Below are positions 28,347 to 37,175 of a DNA stretch of 64,000 nt, in pieces. A program made the position numbers and the translations under genes. Each line of letters opens with the position of its first letter. Within the stretch, counting starts at the first letter, position 1. Under the pieces are notes generated by a model, which was given only the letters and a program-made list of their open reading frames with translations, was not told the DNA's origin and ran no database searches. The stretch comes from Candidatus Pacebacteria bacterium UBA6180 (GTDB taxonomy: Bacteria; Patescibacteriota; Microgenomatia; UBA1400; PJMF01), in assembly GCA_002422165.1 (NCBI GenBank), contig DITQ01000001.1, positions 71,919 to 135,918 on the forward strand, given 5' to 3'.

Positions 28347-29396
28347 CTATTGTAGCCTATTAAAAGCCATGATGAAAGCGTCTAAGTCTCCGTCTAAAAC
28401 ATCACCACTTTGGCTAGTTTCGACTTGAGTGCGAGTGTCTTTGACCAGTTGGTAAGGGTGAAGGACGTAATTGCGAATTTGTGTTCCAAAACTAGCACTT
28501 TGGTGTTGACCCTTAGCCTGTTTGAGCTCTTGGCTAGAGCGCTCCTCCTCTATTTTGGCTAGCTTAGCCTTGAGCATTTTGAGAGCTCGTTCGCGATTTT
28601 GAATCTGACTGCGTTCTTCACGACATTTAACAGTAATTTGACTAGGCTCATGGGTGAGTTCGACAGCTGAGCTGGTTTTGTTAACTGATTGACCACCTGC
28701 TCCACCTGCTCTGGTGAAGTTCCAGGTCAAGTCGCTGTCTTTGATGACGATATCATTGTGTTGGTCTAAGATGGGCAAGACTTCAACCAAAGCAAAAGAA
28801 GTTTGGCGCAAATTGTCCGCGTTGAAGGGGCTTAATCTGACGAGGCGGTGAGTGCCTTGTTCACTCTTGAGGAAGCCGTAGGCGTAGTCTTCTTCAATTT
28901 CAAAGACGGCTTCTTTGATGCCGGCGTCTTCTCCCCTAATCTCGGAAACGAATTTGTAGCGCCAGCCCTTGCGCTCGAAATAGCGCTGATACATCCGCTT
29001 AACCATCTCGGCCCAATCCATCGCTTCAGTGCCGCCCTGACCAGAATGGACGGATAAAATTGCCTGACAGCGGTCGTATTTGCCGCTTAGATATTGTTTG
29101 AGTTCAGCTTCTTTGAAAAGTTTTTCTAGAATTTTGCCAATGGTTTCGACTTCTTCAGTTATGTTTAAGTCGAGGGCAGCCTGCAAATCTTGGCTGATTT
29201 GCTTGATTTTTTCAAGGGCTTTGACTTCTTTTTGTAGTCGGGAGAGGAGCTGCATGGTGGCTTGCGAGTTATCTCGCTGCCAGAAGTCAGCCGCTTCACT
29301 TTCTTTTTCGATAGTGGCGATTTGCTGTTTTTTGGCTGGCATGCCAGAATCTTTGAGTAGTTGCTGACAGTCTCTAATTAATTGCCTGTAGTCCAT
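28347..29396 (-). CDS. prfB: Peptide chain release factor 2
   Basis: GGQ motif (GGAGGQSVNKTSSA) and the RF2-specific SPF motif (RLSPFNA). The ORF is continuous, with no programmed frameshift. Confidence 0.9.
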   Translation of the reverse strand: MDYRQLIRDCQQLLKDSGMPAKKQQIATIEKESEAADFWQRDNSQATMQLLSRLQKEVKALEKIKQISQDLQAALDLNITEEVETIGKILEKLFKEAELKQYLSGKYDRCQAILSVHSGQGGTEAMDWAEMVKRMYQRYFERKGWRYKFVSEIRGEDAGIKEAVFEIEEDYAYGFLKSEQGTHRLVRLSPFNADNLRQTSFALVEVLPILDQHNDIVIKDSDLTWNFTRAGGAGGQSVNKTSSAVELTHEPSQITVKCREERSQIQNRERALKMLKAKLAKIEEERSSQELKQAKGQHQSASFGTQIRNYVLHPYQLVKDTRTQVETSQSGDVLDGDLDAFIMAFNRLQ

Positions 29397-29405
29397 AGGG
29401 GTATT

Positions 29406-30845
29406 CTAATCTAAGTCGAGAGATAGATCACTAAGCAGTTGCAGGTCTTGATTTTGACCTGCAAAAGTTAGCTGGTAGTCGACGGCGCTAAGGCCCGATT
29501 GTTTGTAGAGTACGAGGTGTTTTTTTTCTTCCATAGTAAGTTGGCTAGCTAGTTGAATTTCTAGTTGAGCTTGGTTCTGACTAAGCACGGGAGCCAAGAA
29601 GCCTAGCTCTAGCCAGTCTTGATTGTTGATCGTGACTAGGCGTTGGTCGAAATTTTCAAGTGTTTTGCCATTTAATTTGACGGACAGGAGCTTAGTTTCT
29701 GGATTGGTGTAGAGACGCTGGTAATTGACGTAAGCGAAGGGGTTGAAATTTTGCCAGTTGATGGTGATGAGCTCTTGCTGCTCCCTGATTTCTAGATTGA
29801 CTTGTCGTTCTACTAGGCGATTGGCTTTGTTGATGCCGACGTTACTTTCGACCAGGTAATAGGCGAGTCCCCTCTCGATTGGCATCATTTGTCCATCTAT
29901 TTGGTAGCGCTTAGCTATCTCTGTCAGTTCGCTGTCGCGACTATAAATTTGCAAATCTTTGCGCTTGGCGGCCTCAGCGATGAGCGCGAGCATTTCTTTG
30001 GGTTTGTCGGCGACAACTTTTTGTAGTTCGATTTTAAAAATGGTCAAGAAATGATTAAGAAAATTGATTTTTTCCTGGCTCCCTGGAAAGAATTCATCGC
30101 GATCTGCCCTAGCTAACTTAGCAAAATTGTCGTGATTGACGCTTTGTTGGTAATCTGGCAAGTAAACTTCTCCTGTTAGTCTAAGTAAATCTTCGATTAA
30201 GTGGAGATTGAGAGCGATGACTCCTTGGTAGTTTTGGTTTTCGACTTTTTCGATGAAAAAGAGAATTTGCTTGGCTGAGTCAGGGAAATTTGGCCACCAG
30301 TTGGCATCTGGGAGGCGCCAGCCTTTACCGGCGCTTAGATAATCATGTAGGCCGGCTGGCGCCTCTACCAAGCCTTGAAATTGACCATCTGGAACATAGA
30401 TGTCTTGAACTTGTGGGTTTTGCAATAGTCCATCTCGTGTCTCTAAGATAAAAAACGAACCCATGAAGCCGCCGGTGGCGCGCAGCTCATCACTGTTTTG
30501 TAAAATGACTAGATATTTTTGATCATTCTCTAGAAATTTTTTGGCGACAATTAGACCGTCGCTGCTAGCCTGCTGCAGAGGTTTTAAGCGCTTGAGATCA
30601 ATTTTATTTAATTTTCGATTAATTTTTGTCAAATCTTTTAGAATTTTTTCTGGCAGTTTGTCATCAATTTCTTGACCAGCGATGCTTTGAGTCAAGTAAC
30701 TTTGCAAGCTTCTTTGTAAATTGCGGGCGAGGAGGTAGTTTTGCAAAACCAAGAAAACAGCCAAAAAAGAAATTAGGGAAAGACTGATGCTAAAAAAAAG
30801 CATTTTTTTCATTTTTGTTTTTGAGTTGTATTGGTTTGAATACAT
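29406..30845 (-). CDS. Hypothetical membrane-anchored extracytoplasmic protein (possibly DUF4012-like)
   Basis: N-terminal TM helix and a large soluble domain. Lies next to glycosyltransferases. Family assignment is from memory only. Confidence 0.4.
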   Translation of the reverse strand: MYSNQYNSKTKMKKMLFFSISLSLISFLAVFLVLQNYLLARNLQRSLQSYLTQSIAGQEIDDKLPEKILKDLTKINRKLNKIDLKRLKPLQQASSDGLIVAKKFLENDQKYLVILQNSDELRATGGFMGSFFILETRDGLLQNPQVQDIYVPDGQFQGLVEAPAGLHDYLSAGKGWRLPDANWWPNFPDSAKQILFFIEKVENQNYQGVIALNLHLIEDLLRLTGEVYLPDYQQSVNHDNFAKLARADRDEFFPGSQEKINFLNHFLTIFKIELQKVVADKPKEMLALIAEAAKRKDLQIYSRDSELTEIAKRYQIDGQMMPIERGLAYYLVESNVGINKANRLVERQVNLEIREQQELITINWQNFNPFAYVNYQRLYTNPETKLLSVKLNGKTLENFDQRLVTINNQDWLELGFLAPVLSQNQAQLEIQLASQLTMEEKKHLVLYKQSGLSAVDYQLTFAGQNQDLQLLSDLSLDLD

Positions 30846-31810
30846 TGCAAATAAAGATCGGCTAGTTTTTGAAAATTATGCTCTTTGGCTAGTTGCAAAT
30901 TTTCAGAGAGTAGCTGTGGGCGAGCGCGCAACTTCTGCCACGCTTGATAGAGTTCTACTCCATTACCAGCGCTAGCGATCCTTGAGCCAAAGGGACTGTT
31001 AAGCAAATAATCCTTTTTGAGAGGGTTGTTGTAAGCACTTAGGACGAAGTTGCGAGCCGCCATCGCTTCCAGGATGCTTAGGTAGCCGCCGGCGAAGCAG
31101 TTTTCACTGCGCCTCAAATGCGACTGTGGATTGACGAAACCAAGTGTTTCGCCATAGGTGCTGCAAATTTTTCTGAGTTCGCCATCGCCACAAAAAGTTG
31201 CAGAAAAATCAACTTTTTTGGTCTTTAAAATTTCCAAGAACTCTAGAAAAATTGTCAGGCCAGTGTCTTTTTCTAAGCGCCCCAAAAAGAGAAAGGAGTT
31301 TTTTGTTTTTTGCGTCGATTTTTTAGCATCTGAGTTCAACTCAACTGCTCCATAACTAATGAAATTATTTTTGTCACTCAACTGATAGTACTTATTGATG
31401 TAGCTGCCAATGCTGATGGTACAAGCAGAAAATTTTTGAGCGAGCTGTTTGTAAAAAATGTTTTTGCGAGGGATAGGAAAAACTTTTTCATAACCATGAA
31501 AAGTGGTAATGATTTTTTTGTGGGGAAAAAGTAAGGCGAAGGGCCAGTAATAAATAAAAACATCGTGAACGAGAATGACTTCCGCAGCAGCGATCGACTT
31601 AATTTTTTTGGCTAACTGCCACCAAATTTGCAACAAAGTCAGATATTTGATTTGGTTTTTTTGTTTGAGTAAAGTTTTTCTACTAATAATTTCGACAGTT
31701 ACACCAGCTTTTTCAAGCCTCGGCAAAATTCCGGAGATATGCTTCTCCACACCACCTAGCCAAGGTAAATAAGACTCTGTGAGGAGTAGTGCGCGCATTT
31801 TGCTCATCAT
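30809..31810 (-). CDS. Glycosyltransferase, GT4 fold
   Basis: N-terminal GG..KH motif (LGGVEKHISG) and a C-terminal E..E motif. Confidence 0.65.
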   Translation of the reverse strand: MMSKMRALLLTESYLPWLGGVEKHISGILPRLEKAGVTVEIISRKTLLKQKNQIKYLTLLQIWWQLAKKIKSIAAAEVILVHDVFIYYWPFALLFPHKKIITTFHGYEKVFPIPRKNIFYKQLAQKFSACTISIGSYINKYYQLSDKNNFISYGAVELNSDAKKSTQKTKNSFLFLGRLEKDTGLTIFLEFLEILKTKKVDFSATFCGDGELRKICSTYGETLGFVNPQSHLRRSENCFAGGYLSILEAMAARNFVLSAYNNPLKKDYLLNSPFGSRIASAGNGVELYQAWQKLRARPQLLSENLQLAKEHNFQKLADLYLQCIQTNTTQKQK

Positions 31811-31834
31811 AACTTATAATTAAAGATTAGATAT

Positions 31835-32788
31835 ATGGTCAAACAATCTATTAAGTCTACTAATTATAAGAAACTCTCGGTGTCTTTGATAGCGACAGTT
31901 CTAAATGAATTGCAGAGCATCGAAGCTTTTCTGGATAGCTACAAACAACAAACTTTGCTAGCTTCGCAATTCATTATCGTTGACGCCGGCTCAACCGACG
32001 GCACGGCGCAACTGATAGAGAAGTTTGCTAAGAAAAATCGCTTACTCAAAATAGAGTTAGTTGTCCTCGAAAATTCCACTCGTGGACAGGCGCGCAATGC
32101 TGCTGTTGCTAAAGCAAAAGGTGAGTGGCTTGCTTTCACCGATGCTGGTTGTGTACTGGAATCTGATTGGCTTGAGCAATTAGTAATGGAGCAGGTGCAC
32201 AGTCAGCAGCAGGTAGTTGGAGGTTGGTTTAGGGGTTTAGCACAAAGCCGTCTGCAAGAGGCGATGGTCCCCTATTTTTTACAACTCCCCCGCCAGCTTA
32301 GTACCAAAAACTTTATTCCTACCTCCCGTTCGTTATTGATCTCTAAAAAAGCATTTGACACAGTCAGAGGATTCAAGGAGGAGCTTATCTTGAGCGAAGA
32401 CTATGATCTCATGCTGCGCCTTAGAGCAGAAAAAATTTCTTGGGCTTTGGCAAGGCGAGCAATTGTTAATTGGTTTCCGCCAAAGAATTACCGAACATTT
32501 TTGTGGAAAATTGCTGCTTTTGCAGCAAGTGATATCGAGGCCGGGATTGTGCGACCCAAAGTGCTGTCTATTTATGGCCGTTATCTAGTTTTTTTGACTG
32601 TTTCAATCTGGTCAATAAGTCTTGCTGTATTATTATTGTTACTCTATTTTTCCTGGAGTATTATCAAAAATTACCACAATTGTCCTGATGCTTGGTACTA
32701 CTTGCCATTTTTGCAATTTAGCACTGATATGGCGATCATGGTAGCGAGCTTATTTGCTATCAGAAACTTCAACTCAAGAGTTGCTTGA
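31835..32788 (+). CDS. Glycosyltransferase family 2 with a C-terminal TM segment
   Basis: VSLIATVLNE...IIVDAGSTDGT, a DAG/DxD-type GT2 signature. Confidence 0.7.
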   Translation: MVKQSIKSTNYKKLSVSLIATVLNELQSIEAFLDSYKQQTLLASQFIIVDAGSTDGTAQLIEKFAKKNRLLKIELVVLENSTRGQARNAAVAKAKGEWLAFTDAGCVLESDWLEQLVMEQVHSQQQVVGGWFRGLAQSRLQEAMVPYFLQLPRQLSTKNFIPTSRSLLISKKAFDTVRGFKEELILSEDYDLMLRLRAEKISWALARRAIVNWFPPKNYRTFLWKIAAFAASDIEAGIVRPKVLSIYGRYLVFLTVSIWSISLAVLLLLLYFSWSIIKNYHNCPDAWYYLPFLQFSTDMAIMVASLFAIRNFNSRVA

Positions 32789-33584
32789 TTGCGCTTAAAT
32801 TTTCAAGAGTGACTGCTTCACCAGTACTAATAACGCCTCTTTTGTTGATGAAGCCGGTAAAAGGATCAGAGAAAGATTTATTTTCAGTGATGTCTGGCTC
32901 GAGTGTAAAATCAGCTTCTTGACAGCTGTGTCTAGCCAAGTGGTACATCATTATTTGTGTGGTTTTGAGAATCGATTTAAAAGAACTCATTTTTTCAGCT
33001 TTGATGGGGAAGATGTTTTTATAGAGGTTGACGGCGATGACAACGTCGACCCCCATCTGACGGGCAGTTTTGACAGGAATAGGCACGGCACAGCCACCGT
33101 CAATTACTCGATGATCATTGTAACGCACAGGTTCGAAGACGAAAGGAATTGAGGTGCTGGCGCGAATAGCGGTGGCCAGATCACCTTCGCCAATTTCCAC
33201 CACTTCCCCACTTAGCAAATCCGTGCTGATGGCGCGAAAGGGAATACTCAGATTCTCAATTAAGTGTTTGCCAGCTAAATCTTCAAAAACTTTAGTGACT
33301 TTTTCACCTCGAAACATCCCCCAACTTGGCCAAGGGTCGGAAAAAGCGTAGAGTAAGCTTCGTTTGTTGATTTTTTCCCGGAAAGATTTTTCTAGCAACT
33401 CAATATCGCCAAGAGCGCAATAAGCACCGCCAACCATGGCCCCCGAACTGGTTCCAGCAATAGCGTCGATGCGAATACCATTATTAACCAGGGCTTTAAT
33501 CACTCCGATGTGAGCTTGGCCACGCCAGCCACCACTACCAAGTGCTAGCCCAAGTTTTTTAGTTTGTACGAATTTTTTAGTCAT
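32769..33584 (-). CDS. Patatin-like phospholipase
   Basis: GxGxxG oxyanion motif (GSGGWRG), GxSxG lipase motif (GTSSGA), and the catalytic-dyad DGG motif (VIDGG). Confidence 0.8.
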   Translation of the reverse strand: MTKKFVQTKKLGLALGSGGWRGQAHIGVIKALVNNGIRIDAIAGTSSGAMVGGAYCALGDIELLEKSFREKINKRSLLYAFSDPWPSWGMFRGEKVTKVFEDLAGKHLIENLSIPFRAISTDLLSGEVVEIGEGDLATAIRASTSIPFVFEPVRYNDHRVIDGGCAVPIPVKTARQMGVDVVIAVNLYKNIFPIKAEKMSSFKSILKTTQIMMYHLARHSCQEADFTLEPDITENKSFSDPFTGFINKRGVISTGEAVTLENLSAIKQLLS

Positions 33585-34833
33585 ATTTTTCTAGAGCCCC
33601 ACCATGATACTTGCTCTGTAGTTTGAAAGCGATTGGCAATAAAAAAATCACGCTGCAGGCACTCATGATCAGTAAAATGCTGCGGATCGCATCGCTGGAG
33701 TAGTGGTTGAGTAAAGCAAAAACACCCAAGCTGCCTAGATAGATTAGGCTGATTAGCATGCTGAGACTTGAGATAGCAGTAGCGCGATTTTTGGAACTGT
33801 AGCACTGGTTGCTGAGTTTGCCGAGGACGTTCCAGCGCATTGAGGAGCTCAGAAAGACCACGAAAATAATCGCTATTATAACGGGCACATTGTAAAAGTA
33901 GCTCAAGGGGAGAAAGACGCTTAACAAAATTGCTGGGAGCAGAAAAACCACTCGTAGATTTTTGAAGATTTTCTTTCTGATCAAGACGTGCAAAAGCTGT
34001 ACAGCAGCAAGCGACAAAATGGCAAAAATGAAACCCATGTTTTTTTCGCTAACACCCAGATCAACCAAAGCAAAATTTTTAAAACTAATTACAATTGGCC
34101 AAGTCAGGGCGCCGACTAAAATGTAAAACAAAGAGATGTCACGGGCTTGATGATTTTTCCATAACTCACGGAAACCCAAACGAGTTTGTAGTAAATAGTT
34201 GTGCAAAGTAAATTTCTCGCTGTCGATATCTGGCTCGATGAAGCGAGTGGAAATAAATCCTGCGATAGTAAAGGACAGGGCAGTCAGCAGCGAAGGTAAG
34301 TGATAGGAATAAGCAAATAGCAGGCCGCCAACCACAATAGCAAAGACAATGCTGTAATTAAAAATGAGCTGATTGCGGTTGTTAATTTCGGTAAATTCTT
34401 CTTCTCTACCGCTTTGTTTGAGGGTGTCAAAAACTAGTGCTTCCAAAGCGCCACTCAATAAAGCATCAGCTAAGCCAAAACCAAGGCCAGCGACCAAAAA
34501 CCACCAAAAACTATTTGCAAAGGCAAATAAAGTGTAAGTGGCGGCATAAACAAAAAAGGCAATGGCAATACTTTTTTTGCGGCCAATCAAGTCAGCCAAA
34601 GCCCCTGTGGGCAATTCTAGCAGCAGGCTGCTGCCAAGAATCACCATTTCGGTCAAGGCAATTTCGGTCAGACTGATGTATCTTAACTCCATCGACACCC
34701 AGACTGGGATGATGAAGAAAAGCGAGCGAAAAACACTCAAAAAGCGCAGCCAGTAGATATTGTTATGGTATAAATCTTGATCATGATCCCCAGTCTTCTC
34801 TGGTGGACGGATAACCTTACAGAAACTAAACAT
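33577..34833 (-). CDS. MFS transporter
   Basis: About 12 TM helices, a G(x)3D(R/K)xGRK-like loop (ADLIGRKKS). Confidence 0.7.
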   Translation of the reverse strand: MFSFCKVIRPPEKTGDHDQDLYHNNIYWLRFLSVFRSLFFIIPVWVSMELRYISLTEIALTEMVILGSSLLLELPTGALADLIGRKKSIAIAFFVYAATYTLFAFANSFWWFLVAGLGFGLADALLSGALEALVFDTLKQSGREEEFTEINNRNQLIFNYSIVFAIVVGGLLFAYSYHLPSLLTALSFTIAGFISTRFIEPDIDSEKFTLHNYLLQTRLGFRELWKNHQARDISLFYILVGALTWPIVISFKNFALVDLGVSEKNMGFIFAILSLAAVQLLHVLIRKKIFKNLRVVFLLPAILLSVFLPLSYFYNVPVIIAIIFVVFLSSSMRWNVLGKLSNQCYSSKNRATAISSLSMLISLIYLGSLGVFALLNHYSSDAIRSILLIMSACSVIFLLPIAFKLQSKYHGGALEKYD

Positions 34834-34874
34834 CCGATAATTTTAACAGATTTGCTATGATGTATGATGACTAA

Positions 34875-35264
34875 ATGTTAAAAAAATTTAAGCAAGATTT
34901 TCAGTTAAAAGGTAAAGTAATTAAGGGTTTGGGTAATGGCAGCACTCAAGCTTTTGCCACTATCAATCTCGATCCAGCAATTTGGCCTGCTAAGTTGGAG
35001 AGAGGCATTTACGCAGCCTGGGTGTTTGTTGGAGGGCAAAGATATCTGGGTGCTTTGTTTTTCGGACCACGCGTGGTCATCGATGAAGAAACCGACGTTT
35101 TGGAAATTCACTTATTAGACTTCACAGGCAATATCTACGGTCAAGAAATTGCCTTTAGTGTCGAGGACTATATTCGTCCGGTTAGACCCTTTACCTCTTT
35201 TGCTGATCTCAAACAGCAGATCGCAGCCGACATTGCTGAAGTTAGGCAGCGTTTAACCGACTAA
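34875..35264 (+). CDS. Riboflavin kinase (monofunctional, RibF C-terminal-domain type)
   Basis: GxGxG, LEIHLLDFTGNIYGQEI...F...E.L..QI..D pattern. Confidence 0.7.
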   Translation: MLKKFKQDFQLKGKVIKGLGNGSTQAFATINLDPAIWPAKLERGIYAAWVFVGGQRYLGALFFGPRVVIDEETDVLEIHLLDFTGNIYGQEIAFSVEDYIRPVRPFTSFADLKQQIAADIAEVRQRLTD

Positions 35265-36129
35265 CTCGATACATGGCGTACAAAAGCACCAAGCCAGCTA
35301 GGTATTGACTACCAGTTAAGAAGTGCTGATAGAGGAACATGTCGACCACAATCGCCAAGAGCGGCAAGGTCATTTCCATAATTGTTGCTACTTTAGCCTC
35401 GGTTTTCTTGAGCCCCTTGTAGTAAATAATCATCGCCAAAAGACCGGTGCTAAGGGCAATATAGACCAGACCGAGGAAATCTCTTTCAACCAAAGTATCG
35501 AGGCTATTTTGTGAGCCTAGCAGGAAAACGGCCACAAAAGCCAAAACTGTCGATAGGTAGAAGCGCAGAATGGTGGCGCTGGTGCTGCTTTTGACTTGAT
35601 TGAGCAGTAATTTGGACAAAGTCGTGCCAAGTCCCCAACAAGCCGCTGCCCCCAAGGCGTATAAGGCAGCTAAGATCGTTTCAGTGCCAGTGTCTAGATT
35701 GACGCTACCATTTGGGAAAGTCACGAAAAAAACGGCAACGATCGCTAAAGCAGCCCAACGCAGATATTTTTTGTTGATTTTTTCACCGAGCAAAAAGCCA
35801 GCACTGACGATGGCGAAGAGCGGCTGAATCTTCTGAATCAAGAAAATGACACTAAAGGAAATGTAATTGACCTTCAAAAGGGCGGTGGTGATAAAAAGCG
35901 TACCGAGTAGGCCGCCAAATAAAGCCACTACTAGCGCGGTTAGCAGCAGACGGCTCGTGAAAACCTCTTGTTTGAGAGTGCGAAGAACGATTGGCAAAAG
36001 AATCAGTGAGCCGATCAAGTGTTCGTAAAAAACGATTGTCACCGGTGGCAAGTGATAGAGTCCGCGGCGGACGACGCCATCCAGAGCCCAGAGAGCAGCT
36101 GCTAGCGCAATGAGTAAGGGACCAGACAT
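35242..36129 (-). CDS. EamA/DMT-family transporter
   Basis: 10 TM helices in a two-repeat arrangement. Confidence 0.65.
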   Translation of the reverse strand: MSGPLLIALAAALWALDGVVRRGLYHLPPVTIVFYEHLIGSLILLPIVLRTLKQEVFTSRLLLTALVVALFGGLLGTLFITTALLKVNYISFSVIFLIQKIQPLFAIVSAGFLLGEKINKKYLRWAALAIVAVFFVTFPNGSVNLDTGTETILAALYALGAAACWGLGTTLSKLLLNQVKSSTSATILRFYLSTVLAFVAVFLLGSQNSLDTLVERDFLGLVYIALSTGLLAMIIYYKGLKKTEAKVATIMEMTLPLLAIVVDMFLYQHFLTGSQYLAGLVLLYAMYRVSRLNAA

Positions 36130-36152
36130 AAGACCTTTCTGCTCGTTTTATA

Positions 36153-36935
36153 TCACAGAAGTGTCAGGAGGATAAGCCCTAGCGCCAAGCGGTAGTAGCC
36201 AAAAATTGTTAGGCTGTTGGTTTGTAAGTAGCGAATTAACCAGCGTAGAACAATCAAGGCGACAGCGAAGGAAACGGCAAAGCCCACTCCAACTAAAAGT
36301 ATTTCTTGCGAAGAAATTTGGAGATCTGCTTGAGTTTTGAGCAGGTCAAATCCGGCTGTGCCTAAAATAGTGGGTACAGCTAGCAAAAAGGAATATTTAG
36401 CAGCTTCAGTTCGTTTTTGCCCAAGCATCATCATAGCGAGGATGACGACGCCCGCCCTAGAAACTCCAGGTAAAACTGCCAGAGCTTGTGCCAAGCCAAT
36501 CAATAAACTTTGTTGCCAACTCAGACTGGCAATATCTTGAGTTTGTACTTGCTTGTTTTTTTGTAGTAGCCACTCGTAGATAATGAAAATTAAGCCAAAA
36601 ATCATGAAAACTGCTAGCATTAATAAGTTATTTTCAAAGAAAAATCCTTTAATTAGTTTGTAGAATGCAAACCCAAAAATAGCGGTAGGGATGAAGGAGA
36701 GTAAAACTTTTTTTGTCAGATGGCGGTTGGTCCACAACTCACGACCATAAAGTGATAAGACTGCCAAAATGCCTCCAGCCTGAATAAAAACAGTGAAGAA
36801 CTTGAGGAACTCCGTCTGCTCAAGACCGAGAATTTGTTCAGCGAAGATTAAGTGAAAAGTTGAAGAGATAGGTAAAAATTCAGTAATACCTTCAATAATG
36901 CCAAGTAAGACTGCTTGATAAATTTCCATAAACAA
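36153..36935 (-). CDS. uppP: Undecaprenyl-diphosphatase
   Basis: GIIEGITEFLPISSTFHL and PGVSRAG motifs. Confidence 0.85.
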   Translation of the reverse strand: MFMEIYQAVLLGIIEGITEFLPISSTFHLIFAEQILGLEQTEFLKFFTVFIQAGGILAVLSLYGRELWTNRHLTKKVLLSFIPTAIFGFAFYKLIKGFFFENNLLMLAVFMIFGLIFIIYEWLLQKNKQVQTQDIASLSWQQSLLIGLAQALAVLPGVSRAGVVILAMMMLGQKRTEAAKYSFLLAVPTILGTAGFDLLKTQADLQISSQEILLVGVGFAVSFAVALIVLRWLIRYLQTNSLTIFGYYRLALGLILLTLL

Positions 36936-36995
36936 TAGTATAGCAATATGCTTGATTTAATACGCAATCAAAAAAAATTCTGTTTTCACAAAAAG

Positions 36996-37067
36996 TGCCT
37001 CCGGAGGGAATCGAACCCTCATTTTAAGTTCCGGAAACTCATGTCCTATCCATTGAACGACAGAGGC
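36996..37067 (-). tRNA. tRNA-Arg (anticodon CCG)
   Basis: The minus-strand sequence is GCCTCTGTCGTTCAATGGATAGGACATGAGTTTCCGGAACTTAAAATGAGGGTTCGATTCCCTCCGGAGGCA. Anticodon loop TTCCGGA, T-loop TTCGATT. Confidence 0.85.
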
Positions 37068-37175
37068 GTTTTGAGTGCATTATAAATCAATCTCAACCGC
37101 TTGTTTCTATAATTTTGTTTTAGTACGCGAACATTGGCGATTTAGTGATATTTTGATATAATTTGACATCTTGTT

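Noticed and set aside
28347-29396. Expected programmed +1 frameshift in prfB
   Set aside because: The ORF is continuous from the Met with intact GGQ and SPF motifs. Many bacteria lack the frameshift. Nothing anomalous.
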